A DNA stretch of 62,643 nucleotides, the filler included, from Globobulimina sp. (Eukaryota): assembly GCA_003354225.1 (NCBI GenBank). It is 17 parts of 17 records of this genome, joined end to end, with 100 filler letters (N's around TTAATTAATTAA, not from the genome) between each part and the next. Parts side by side here need not be neighbours in the genome. Positions count along the whole stretch, not along the records: positions 1 to 3,595 come from PIVH01002440.1; positions 3,696 to 7,290 come from PIVH01002441.1; positions 7,391 to 10,984 come from PIVH01002442.1; positions 11,085 to 14,678 come from PIVH01002443.1; 13 more parts are not named here. One strand, 5' to 3'. The position numbers and the translations under genes are program-made. Each line of letters opens with the position of its first letter. Position 1 is the stretch's first letter. Of this stretch, positions 1-11,252 are shown piece by piece. Under the pieces are notes generated by a model. It had not been told where the DNA came from. It made no database searches and was given only the letters and a program-made list of their open reading frames with translations.

Positions 1-582
1 GACTCTTTATTTGATATCATATAACGTTAATGGTATTATATTCCAATCAAATACAATATACTAGGCAACATTACATTGTATTTTGTATCACAACAGATAT
101 GTATTTCTGATCATATGTATAAATAAAAATTGTTCGTTTTTTCTGATAAATAAATAGGATCAATAGAAATGTCTGGCTCAATATAAATGGATAGAATGGC
201 ATCCGGATAAAACAATCACACTCATTTTGTACATACAATGTTTATGTTTATTGTGATATGATTTATTTTGATGAAGCTCAAATATTCATTAAGTTACAGC
301 ACATTTACCGTTAGGGTACACAGACTTTTGCAACACCCTTTAGCTAACCCAAAAATTATTAAACTCAAGCTATTTTGAACTCGCTCAACATATCGCTGAT
401 GTGGATATATATGTACAATTCTATAAGTCTTTGACTACTTAAAATTAAGCGGATTTATGCATAGAATGGATATATAATCATTAAAATAACCATTATACGT
501 TGACTATTCGAAATGGTTTAGACACAAAAAACAGCGCTTAAGGTGTATTACTAAATACAACCAATCAAATTAAAAATTACCA

Positions 583-3534
583 TTAATAATAAGCCAATTT
601 AACACTTATTTCACCATAAAATTCAAACGGTTTTATTCTAATTAAATACTCATCTTTTTCATTACATGTATTATTATTATTCACTAATCTTTGTATCAAT
701 GCAATGCTATCTTTTGCTTTTTGTGATTTATCGATTATTGATGTAATATGGGGATATAATGAGTGACACAATTCGTTATCTTCAATTTCAACAACAAATG
801 AAATAATTTTATTAATTTTCACAGCAATACCAACTACTTTAATTTTGCAATATGGCTTATCAATAAATCTTTGCATACATTTATTCCATATATTATTATT
901 ATTTGACGCGTGGAAAATTAGTGTAATATGATCATTGAAATATTTTACATTCCCATAACTAAAGTTGAAATTAATATTTTTCTGTGAATTTATTATTTGT
1001 TTTAAATAATTTATAATTGATTGATTCCAAAATATGCCAAAATATATTATATTAACACAGGGTCGCTTTATTTCAATTAAATTAATATTTTTATATTTTT
1101 GATCATTATTTAATATACAAACAATATGATTTGCGATTTCTTTTGATGATAATCTATATTTTTGAATGTTAATCGTTTCTAAATTTAATATTTGAATTAA
1201 ATTAAATGCATTTTTTAATCGATATTCATCATGCTTCCATGGATCATATTTTATATTTTCAATATATTTACGCAAATTTATTAGTATTTCATCTAAATTA
1301 CTATCCACATTCTCATCCGTTTTAATCCAATTTAAAGCATTTGAGCCAATCAAATTTTTATTGTTATTTGCGGCTGGATTAAATATACAAAAAAATGACA
1401 AAACAATACATATTTGCTTGTCAATATGTAACTTATCAAAAGTTGGATGTTTCTGTCTATTTAATACAGATTGCAAACAAATTAAAAGTAATAACAAACC
1501 CATCTTATTCGCATTAATATCTTTTGTGTTTGTATTTGTATTTAATAACTTAAATGAATTTGGATATAAAACAATTGAACCAAAACAATATTCTCTTCCA
1601 ATTCTAACATATTGCTTATATTGTGATTCATTGCTATTATTCCGTAATAAAACTATAATTCCATATTTATTCGATAATAACAACTCAGTAAATGCATTTT
1701 GGCATAGTTTACCCGTATTGTATCGATTCCAATTCTCATCTTTCTTATCATCATAAAATGTATCTTGTTCAATAGCTATCACTGATCTAGCATCTCCAAA
1801 TAATTTCTCATTCAATTTATCTGCAATTAATGCATCACAAATAGAGTTAGCAACTGTTGTTTTGCCCAAACCAGGTATTCCTTGAATAATTATTATTAAT
1901 CCTTTACATTTCTCATCACATTCTTCTCCCAAAAATGTACTTTCATTTAATTTTCTTCTCTTTCTTGCAGGCTCTGGGTCTTTATCATCCAAAATCTCAT
2001 TCAACTTTCTTTTCCGATAAATAGCATTTGATTTAATATCACAATCGACTGAATTGTGAATGTCATGGTTAGAGAGCGAGTGAGTCAGTGAGTCATTAGA
2101 ATTGTTGTCATCATCATACATATCCACATATGGGTCGCTATCAATTAATAACTTCAGCTTTGAATTTAAATATTCGGCAATAATTTGATTGTACCATTTT
2201 TGATTGAAATTCTCAAACCGAATCCAATTATATTCACCGCCAAAATGCATTACATTATAATCAATATCAATTTGTGGTATTCCTGGGAAAATATCACTGT
2301 TCCTATCACCAATAAACTTATTCCAATCGGATATAAAATGCATTAAATTATTGAACTTATTTAATTGTAATGGAATGCAATAATTTTCCATAAATTGTAT
2401 AAATAATCTCAACCAAAAAAATGTTTTTTTTATCTCTAAATTACACATATATTTAAATATTAATCCATTCAATCTTTCGTAAAACTTATATCTTATTTCT
2501 AAAGTCAACTTATTTTCATTTAACGGTTTAAAGAATAGATTATTTACATTTTTATCGCTAAATTCTTCACTAATAAACATATAAAAAAATTGCAACATTT
2601 CAAACCATTCTGTTTGATGCAAATTCTTTCCGTTTTTGATTTCTTTCATTAAAAAATCATTTAATCGAATCATACCATAATTGCATGCAAAATATATGTT
2701 AATACATGGAAAACACTCGAAAATTGATAAAATATTTTGATTATGTTTGTTGTCATCGCAATAATAACCTAAAAATTCAAAGTGTTTCTCATTTTTTGGT
2801 TGTTTTTTACATATTTCATTTATTAACATCGCTTTTATTTTATCAGATATTATAACTTGTGAATAATTGATTGTATTTTGATGATATTTTAAATGAATGG
2901 TATTATTTACACAATTAATTACTTGTTGCAATGGATTGTATTTATTATGATTCATATTTATTGACAGTATAAACTGTAATGTATCAAATAAATCATTCAA
3001 TAAATCCCATTGTTTGTCTTTATCATTTTCCAAATATTTGTATTGAGCCTCAAAATATGCGTAAAATACGTTATTTTTATGCAACATGGAAATATTTTTA
3101 TTCTCATTAATCTCAGCAATCGGTAAAATATAATAAATATTAAAATCGATTTTAATAAATAGAAAATATATATTTGTAATAGTAAATAGTTTGAAATGTA
3201 CATCTCTGCCAAAAATTGAGTTAAAAGCAATAAACATTGCGGTGTGTCTGTTATGTGAATATAATTTGGAAACGTTTGTGTTTGTATTTAATCGAATGAT
3301 TCTATTTTCATACTGACAATAACAATCAATAATTGTTGAATGAGTCAAATTATTGTAATTGTTCAATGTTAATTTATGATGGTTTTTTAATGTTAAACAG
3401 GAGGATGCGTTTCCATCAAATATATTGCGAGTCAGTGCAAGGATAACGGAGTTGTACGTTATCTCCACTCGATCTTCTATAAATAATGGGCCTTTATCGT
3501 CATTATACGGCACTTGAATGACACTGGTTGCCAT
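583..3534 (-). CDS. Trl1-like polynucleotide kinase plus 2H cyclic phosphodiesterase, with an uncharacterised ~530-aa N-terminal region
   Basis: Intronless 983 aa; P-loop QGIPGLGKTT, then EQDTF, LRNN and VLNRQKHPT resembling the fungal Trl1 kinase; two HxT motifs (DHITL, PHITS); NLS-like RKRKL...RKRRKL. Confidence 0.75.
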   Translation of the reverse strand: MATSVIQVPYNDDKGPLFIEDRVEITYNSVILALTRNIFDGNASSCLTLKNHHKLTLNNYNNLTHSTIIDCYCQYENRIIRLNTNTNVSKLYSHNRHTAMFIAFNSIFGRDVHFKLFTITNIYFLFIKIDFNIYYILPIAEINENKNISMLHKNNVFYAYFEAQYKYLENDKDKQWDLLNDLFDTLQFILSINMNHNKYNPLQQVINCVNNTIHLKYHQNTINYSQVIISDKIKAMLINEICKKQPKNEKHFEFLGYYCDDNKHNQNILSIFECFPCINIYFACNYGMIRLNDFLMKEIKNGKNLHQTEWFEMLQFFYMFISEEFSDKNVNNLFFKPLNENKLTLEIRYKFYERLNGLIFKYMCNLEIKKTFFWLRLFIQFMENYCIPLQLNKFNNLMHFISDWNKFIGDRNSDIFPGIPQIDIDYNVMHFGGEYNWIRFENFNQKWYNQIIAEYLNSKLKLLIDSDPYVDMYDDDNNSNDSLTHSLSNHDIHNSVDCDIKSNAIYRKRKLNEILDDKDPEPARKRRKLNESTFLGEECDEKCKGLIIIIQGIPGLGKTTVANSICDALIADKLNEKLFGDARSVIAIEQDTFYDDKKDENWNRYNTGKLCQNAFTELLLSNKYGIIVLLRNNSNESQYKQYVRIGREYCFGSIVLYPNSFKLLNTNTNTKDINANKMGLLLLLICLQSVLNRQKHPTFDKLHIDKQICIVLSFFCIFNPAANNNKNLIGSNALNWIKTDENVDSNLDEILINLRKYIENIKYDPWKHDEYRLKNAFNLIQILNLETINIQKYRLSSKEIANHIVCILNNDQKYKNINLIEIKRPCVNIIYFGIFWNQSIINYLKQIINSQKNINFNFSYGNVKYFNDHITLIFHASNNNNIWNKCMQRFIDKPYCKIKVVGIAVKINKIISFVVEIEDNELCHSLYPHITSIIDKSQKAKDSIALIQRLVNNNNTCNEKDEYLIRIKPFEFYGEISVKLAYY

Positions 3535-3595
3535 GCTACTTAGTAGAAAGGAAAGTTTTTTATTTCTTCTTCAAAACTTAATAAATAAATATCAA

Positions 3596-3695
3596 NNNNN
3601 NNNNNNNNNNNNNNNNNNNNNNNNNNNNNNNNNNNNNNNTTAATTAATTAANNNNNNNNNNNNNNNNNNNNNNNNNNNNNNNNNNNNNNNNNNNN
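3596..3695. other. Artificial contig spacer (N44-TTAATTAATTAA-N44); 16 copies, one between each pair of contigs
   Basis: The same 100-nt block, with stops in all six frames, recurs about every 3.69 kb; contig lengths fall monotonically from 3595 to 3587. Confidence 0.99.
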
Positions 3696-4187
3696 CAAAA
3701 TTTGTTTTGTGGGAGAAACGATTCAAAACAATAAAATACGATCAAGAAAGCCTATGTATGCCAAGACATAATGGTGATCTTTAATTGTAAGATGTGTTTG
3801 CTCGTTTCATGATTAGACTAGTGCTCGTTTCAGGCAAGACAAAAAAGGTCAGTTTAATGGCACTTACTATCATGGCAAATACAGCTAAATTTCTCGTTTT
3901 ATATGTAACTGTCCGATAAGTAATGGTTGTTTTGCTAATTGCTATGCTAATCTACGTCTACTGTTTTGGAGCTAGAGAGGATGATGTTTGGAGAGAATGT
4001 TTTTGCTGAAAGTTCAAGATTGGCTCTATTAAACAATCCGATATATAGTGTGTAATATATAGTTTGTAGCAAGACAACAAATATTTTTAGTTTGTACATG
4101 TTCGTAGACATGAATTGATGTTAGAGAAACACTCAAAAATCAAAACAATGCAAATAAATATAGAATTTACCAAATAAATGATTGAAG

Positions 4188-7001
4188 TCAATCTTCTTGT
4201 TCGATCATTAAATTTTGTCTGGTTAAAATTGTATTTGCTTCATATTTTATTTTCTGTGCATTTTGTACAATTAATTTTTTTTGGATATTATTTGTTGAAA
4301 ATTTAGATTGTGAGGAAAGCGCTAAAATGATTGTTTCCAATGACGCATCAACAATATGTTGAATTGTAGTCAAACCACACCGATACAATATGCGAGCTCT
4401 GAATGCTTTAATATGATATATTTTCATTAACGGCAATAACTCCGAAGAGACGCCGTAATTTAATCGTTGACTAAAATGTGCAATTATTTGTGCCATACAA
4501 TTCCAATTTAATTTTATACAAAATATCGACAATGAAGAGGCGAATGACGCCGCACTTGTTTGCAATGACTGCATTACACCACCTTCGATATTAAAACGTT
4601 TCTCAATGTCATACAAACACTTTTCTTCAATGATTTGATTTAATATCACCGCACAATAAAATCTTTTATATTTTACATCCATTTTATTGTTTGATCCATA
4701 TTTTGGACGACGCGATGTGTTATGCGCAAAATCACACAATATCTTCTCCGAAATGCCAACACTTTCCGCAATCGCTTTTTTTGGGGCTGATAGCAACATA
4801 AAATATTCATAGTAACATTCCCAATCTGGGCGAATATTGCCTCCATTGTTCCTGACCGGCGATAACAAATAGCATAAATGCAATGAATTTGTTAAATGGA
4901 TGCCATATTTTCTGGTTTTGGCAATTTCTTCAAAAATCAGCAACGACTGATATGGATATAAACCACTTCCAACTGTCGCATAGCCCAAATTTGTAATTTC
5001 TAATGTTCCATCAAAATAGTTATCATTCATATTGTCGCATATCTCCATGCCACATTCCTTACTTTTTTGTAAGAATTCATTTTCAATCAACCAATCCAAT
5101 GCGATCCGACATTTTGCCTTCCATTCAATTTCCCCAATTTCAGTACACTGCAAACTTAGCGATAAATACCTCACCAAATCTGCGGATTTCTTGATTAAAT
5201 TTGTCCCAAAGCCTTCCAATATAAACCTCTGTAAATTTTGATTATTTTTCTCATTTTTGTCATCCAACAATTGTGAGTGAATCGCCTCTAACCGCGCATT
5301 GATCAAATTATCCACAACATACTTACACTCATTCTTATCCTTACAAATCACAATGCTCTCACCATACGAATCAATGCCTTTCCTGCCAGCTCTCCCCGCC
5401 ATTTGTTTATATTTCGTAGGCGAAATATGGCTCCGCCCAACCTTTGCCGTTCTAAATATGACTCTTCTCGCCGGCAACTTACATAACAAACAAGCAATTC
5501 AAACAAAAAAACAAACAGAAACAAACACATACATTCACGCCAGCGGCCAACGTGGATGTGGCCACTAATATATTTATTACATTCCTCCTGAATCCATTTT
5601 CAATGATTTCCCGCTCTTCCAACGTCAGCCCGGCGTGGTGATAGGCCACACCTGACAGTATACTCACTGCCAACACTGCACATATCGGCGTCGGCAGTTC
5701 CTTCAACTCTTCAATAATCATCTTACGTTTGTTAGTTACAGCTTGTACTCGCAACTGCAAACACTCCGCAATCATTTTACAACACTGTTTACACCAAACC
5801 TTCTTCTCACAGAACACCAAAACAGAGGCATTGACAGTGGTGACCTCCAGACATAACGTGACGACATGTTGTGGGTCTTTGGCTGCGCGAACGCTGGAAA
5901 TCTGTTTTAATTTTCGAAGGGCTTTTTGGGTCTTACCGTCATAGATTATATTGTCCAATTTGTAATATTGCGTCAATATCACTGGTCTGCTGCGTGTGAT
6001 GTATAATTTGGCCTGTAACCAATGTGCGATATGCTTTAAGTTTGGCAAAGTGGCCGACATGCCGATGATTTGTACATTATTCTGCAATATGAATAATATT
6101 TTTGTCAATAATATTTCTAATATCCAGCCACGATGTGCATCGCCGACATAATGGAATTCGTCAATGACCACGCAACCAAGCTGTGTGATTAAGTCTTCTT
6201 CGATCATTTTGTTTATGATGGAATTGGCTTTCTCGATGGTACAGCACAGAATGTCTGCATCTTCGATGCTGTTTATTGACACATTGGAATGATAGGCTTC
6301 CACTAAAATGGCCAGACAGTTTAGTTTGGATTTCAAATCTGACACTTTCTCGCGTACCAAGGAGATGAATGGCAGTATTAATAAACACTTCTTTTTTTCT
6401 AATAATATTCTACGAATCATCAATATTTCCGATATTAATGTTTTGCCGCCAGAGGTCGGTGCGCAATATAATAAGTTGTTGGTTTTGTTGTTGTTGTTAT
6501 TCGAATCAAACAACAATGACAAACATTCGATTTGCCAATCAAATAATTTTTTTATTCCTTTTAATGCATAATTTCCTACGATTTCGTGTGGAATTTGCCA
6601 ATAATTTAAGGATGATTTGATGTGATTGTTGTTGTTATTTAGTTGGGTTTGAAACGAAGGTGATTGGAATTGTCGTTTGGTTTCGGCTAACTTTTGTAAT
6701 TTTTGTTTGTCCAAAATACATTGATGTCGGCCTTCTTTGCCTTCGTATTCGTTTCCATCTAAATTGACATACACTCTTTTCCCTCCTTTTCGACATCGCC
6801 ATACTCCACGATGCTGTTTTTTGGTTTTATTATTTTTGACGCCATTTATATTTTGTTTAGGTCTTCTGTTGTTTGCTCTGCTTTTCTTGGCAATTTCCTT
6901 CAATCTGAAAAGAGTAATGCAATTCGTGCGAGCGTATAGGGATAGTTGAAATAACCTAACTTCTTACGTAAGTCTTTAGGATTATTTGAGAATTTCCCCA
7001 T
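4188..7001 (-). CDS. HELQ/POLQ-type Ski2-like DNA helicase (no polymerase domain); introns 6905-6960 and 5478-5532
   Basis: Motifs APTSGGKT, DEFH, GMSATL, HHAGL, ATSTLAAGVN|LPARRVI across an intron, QMAGRAGR; C-terminal HhH; spliced start reads MGKFSNNPKDLRKKLKE. Confidence 0.9.
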
Positions 7002-7390
7002 GGACTTAAGATGTTGACTGGCGAACTACAGTTCAAAAAAATTGCAACAACGTGACAACATGTGAAACCTGCACACCCTGTCGTGTTTCCGAAATAGTTA
7101 TAACAACACTAAAATATGGCAACACATTTTTGGGTACACCAGAGCTACTGTGTTTAGATACAATTGACTTTTTGCTTTCTGTGAAAATATGTGTTTTGGT
7201 TTGCTTTGCTTTGTTTTGTTATTTTTTTTCCCATGAAACCAATCAAGAAAGCAGAAACCATAAATATTATCATCATCACTATGAAAACTANNNNNNNNNN
7301 NNNNNNNNNNNNNNNNNNNNNNNNNNNNNNNNNNTTAATTAATTAANNNNNNNNNNNNNNNNNNNNNNNNNNNNNNNNNNNNNNNNNNNN

Positions 7391-8173
7391 TTACTCTGTT
7401 CGTCCCACACAACTCTCTCTGTGTCACTGTCATCGCTGTCATTATGTATTTGTGCGTTGTGAGTGCGAGGATACGTAAAATAGACTAAACTTATCCTGCA
7501 TAGATCTGCGCTGGTTATCATTTGAGGGAACTGGAGGGACAGTCCATGGACCACCATACGTCATCGATATATGTTGGAAAATGGGGTCATTTTTATCAAT
7601 TCTGATGGCAGCTTGGAATGAATATTCATAGATAGTTTGTAATAAATAGTTTCGATATAAAGGCTGTATTCCAAGCGTGTCATCCGTTGGAAGTGAGTTA
7701 TTTTTCACTTCTTCGTCGATTTGAGAGGATTTCTTTGTTAGCCAATCTGGCAATGAATGCGGTAGTTCTTCGCCGTCAAAGTGTGTAACTGAGGCATGCG
7801 AGCCTTTATGTATAGCGGATGGGTCGTAATGGCCCAATTGTAAGAATCCAATGACTGATCCTGTCACAATTAAGCCAATTATTACGATTGCTACCAAGGT
7901 GGCAGACTCACGACAGTTTTCATCTGATTCGCGTAAATAGGATGCGATGCGTTTGTTGACATCACGACGGGAGACTCGGTTTTGTGGCGGTTTGGAAGTG
8001 TTTGCTGGAGGGGTGTTTTGTGAGGTTAATGATGTGGTGTTGTTGATTGCAATTGGAATGTTGGTTAGGTTTGGATGATTATTGAGTGTGGGTGATGTGT
8101 CACTTTCATCTGAACCCATTAAACCTTGCGTTTCATGGTCATCTGCCTGTATTGGTACTGGTAGTGGTAGCAT
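7391..8173 (-). CDS. Single-pass (type II-like) membrane protein, 3' part truncated or spliced at contig edge
   Basis: 243-aa ORF with a low-complexity N-terminus and one hydrophobic helix (LVAIVIIGLIVTGSVIGFL). Confidence 0.55.
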
Positions 8174-8360
8174 TGTTGTATGATAAAAGCCGCCAAGTTT
8201 TTTTGAGTTTTTTTGACAAAGAAATCTTCAAAACTTTAAGAATCAAGGTCAGAATGTAACCGATGAAATATTACTATTGAAACAAAAAGTAGAAAGAACA
8301 CATAATTATAATAAAATAATAACAAGAAAGAAATAATAGAATGAAATTAAATAATAAAAG

Positions 8361-8810
8361 TCATTCGGATATATTTTGTTGACTGTCATCATCATTTTCT
8401 TTGGCAGACTGATACTGATTTGAATGGAACAAATAACCAAAAACAAAACAAATTCCACCGACACATAAATATGATACACATAAAATAATTAAACCAAATA
8501 AAATGCCACATTCAATAAATAAATCAGAATCTAAAATATCGCCATGATCATATTTATCAAATGCATTTGCGTCATAATAATTATTGTATTGACTCATATG
8601 TGCTTCGACACCAATTGGATCGACCTCATGTTTATTTTCTGTGCGTTGTTGTTGAGCATCTATGGCATTAAATATATCGTTTTCGTTGTTAGATGATATT
8701 TCATAGCTTGCCATGATGATAAAAATTGCATACAATGATAGCATGATGCAGATGCTGCCAAAAAAAGCCAAAATTAGGTAGCATCTAAAATTAATTTTGT
8801 CTGGCGACAT
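8361..8810 (-). CDS. Small membrane protein with two hydrophobic segments
   Basis: 149-aa ATG-initiated ORF with two clear TM-like stretches. Confidence 0.5.
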   Translation of the reverse strand: MSPDKINFRCYLILAFFGSICIMLSLYAIFIIMASYEISSNNENDIFNAIDAQQQRTENKHEVDPIGVEAHMSQYNNYYDANAFDKYDHGDILDSDLFIECGILFGLIILCVSYLCVGGICFVFGYLFHSNQYQSAKENDDDSQQNISE

Positions 8811-8848
8811 TAGGCCAAGGTCAACTAAGTTCAGTTCGGAAAAAAATA

Positions 8849-10533
8849 ATGTCAGCTAAATGTAAGCATTTTAAATGCTATTGTCAATCGTACCAAGTGT
8901 CAACATCAAAATGGTCCAAAGGAAAATGTAAACGCTGCAATCATTCAGCATCGGTGCATGGATCTGTCGCCATTCATACGAACACAGTATCAAAAGCTAT
9001 AAACAATGCTCATTACAATAACACTAACAATAAACATGACAGATTGCAAAGAGTATATAATGATTATGTTTCAAATAAGTATGCAAAACCATCAAATACT
9101 TATGATTTACTCAATTACATTGAATATAAGAATCTCACTGCCTTTTCATACAAAGAGGTGAATGACTTTCTATCATCGCATCACAACAAACATCAAATAA
9201 CAAAAACATATTCAAATAACAAAAACATATCAACCACTCATAGAACAGTGACAAATATATCAGCTGCAACTTACAAGAATGAAAATGTTGCAGAATTGTA
9301 CCAAATGTATTATAAAACGAAACGAATGAAACCTTCGACACCGCGGCAATTATTACAATATGGCAAAGGTTTTAATATCCATACGAAATGGAGTGAAGTC
9401 AGCAGGTTTTTGAGAAACAGTAAGCTTTATTTGGACTCATTAGTGACTGCGCATTCATTACAAAACGTAACAATCCCTCAAATGCATGCAAATACATTGA
9501 ATATCAAAGTCATAGACAGTGATACTAGTTTTTATTGGGTCAAAGGTCTTTCTTTAAATAGCACTGTCGATGATATCTGTGACAAATTGGCGCCACGTTT
9601 GATGCAATCGAGCACCAAAATTAATTTATATAAAGGCAATGAATCGCTGTCCCGATTCCGCACACTCAAACAAGTTAAAATAACTTTGATTGCTACATTT
9701 TATACATTCATTATTATGTTTAGTTGCGATTGGAAGATGGTGACAGTTTATATATGGGACTGTGGGATACCTCAATTGGAAAAGATTCATTTTTGCAAAG
9801 ATGTAAAGAAAAAAGGAAATGTCAGCCATCAGCTTCCACGGATCAGCGGAAAGCATATGGCACAAATTATAAACAAGGAACTCGAGCTCATACAAATAAA
9901 AATGGAAATGGCTGGAAAGGAAAAAAAATGGGCAAATGGACAAATGATGATATATTGGCGTGGATAAATAGTATGAATTTGGAGTATCAGTGGAAGAATA
10001 AATTAATGGACGAAATAAAAAACATTCAGTGTAATGGTAAAGATATTATGTCACTGAGATCAGCAAAAGAATTCGGTGAAGCGTTTGATATATCACATAA
10101 TAAAACGTTGTGCGATGACATATATCGGGAAATGAATACATTCAAATCACAGAAAACAAGGAAAAATGTTGCAATTGCAGGTGGTGGATCAGATGGAAAA
10201 TTTAAGATAAACATTTATAGCCAAAATAAATATATGAGTTTGGATGAAATGGTTTGCAGAAAAGTTCGCGTGAGACATGTCGCAGAATTATATAAGAGAC
10301 AATCCGCAGTGTCTGCATCATTGGATGATATTCATTTGTACGCTCATATGAAACTGCTACCGCAATGGGTATGGGATTCTGTTTAAAATTGTGTGTTGAA
10401 ACTTAATTTCTTTGTTTGTATATATATGATACAGAAAACATTGGAACAAGTTAATATCGTGGATGCAAAACATTTAATCACTGTCAAGTTTGCTGTAAAT
10501 GGCGCATCATTTTTAATTTATAATACATATTAA
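8849..10533 (+). CDS. Multidomain protein: Cys/His knuckle, ubiquitin-like, SAM, ubiquitin-like; introns 9674-9723 and 10369-10434
   Basis: Splicing joins LSRFRTLKQ|LRLEDGDSLYM and LLPQW|KTLEQVNI, completing two Ubl-like folds; SAM-like WTNDDILAWINSM. Confidence 0.65.
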
Positions 10534-10652
10534 TATATATAATGCATATATTGTTGCAATATCTATGTTAAGTTGTGGATAAAAAGAAATGTTTTTGTTT
10601 TGTTTCTTTTTTTTCAACTCGATTTTTAATTTTACAAGCATTTTTCTGAAAG

Positions 10653-10984
10653 TTGTTTTTTGATGCTCAAAGTAGTGAAAGTACCAAGTTGATCATTAAC
10701 AATACTCACTGTTTATTTGTGTTTTTTCTAGCAACGGGAGATGTTGTCGCAGATTATATAAATCAAATACGTGCACAAGGAGTTGCTGTCGGAGTGCAAG
10801 TCATAACACAAACAACTGGTGATCCTGCAAAAGATTTTAGGAATATTGGTAATTTTTATTTTAGGACAAAGAATTATGAGACAGCAAAATTATTTTTATT
10901 AAAATCACTTGAATGTGATGCTAATCATACAGATAGTGATGATGTAGCAGATGTACATAATTCATTAGCAACAATCTTCCAACA
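10653..10984 (+). CDS. TPR-repeat protein fragment
   Basis: AKDFRNIGNFYFRTKNYETAKLFLLKSL and ADVHNSLA fit the TPR pattern; runs off contig; start uncertain. Confidence 0.5.
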
Positions 10985-11252
10985 NNNNNNNNNNNNNNNN
11001 NNNNNNNNNNNNNNNNNNNNNNNNNNNNTTAATTAATTAANNNNNNNNNNNNNNNNNNNNNNNNNNNNNNNNNNNNNNNNNNNNGCAATCCTCTTAGACA
11101 TAAGTAGACTTGAAATGTAACGGTCTCAAAAAAAACTTAGTTGAGCATAGTCTAATGAGACCAATACCGATAATTATGTCGTCGGTACCATTGCTACACT
11201 GAACCATTCGCCTAATATTCAATTACAATCATTAAATTGCCTTATTTTCAAT

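Noticed and set aside
4188-7001. Full DNA polymerase theta
   Set aside because: The frame stops at 4188 after the HhH region, and no polymerase A motifs follow on the contig
7052-7342. ORFs running into X tracts (here and at other contig ends) taken at their listed coordinates
   Set aside because: Their stops come from the linker; true ends are unknown and this one has no motif support
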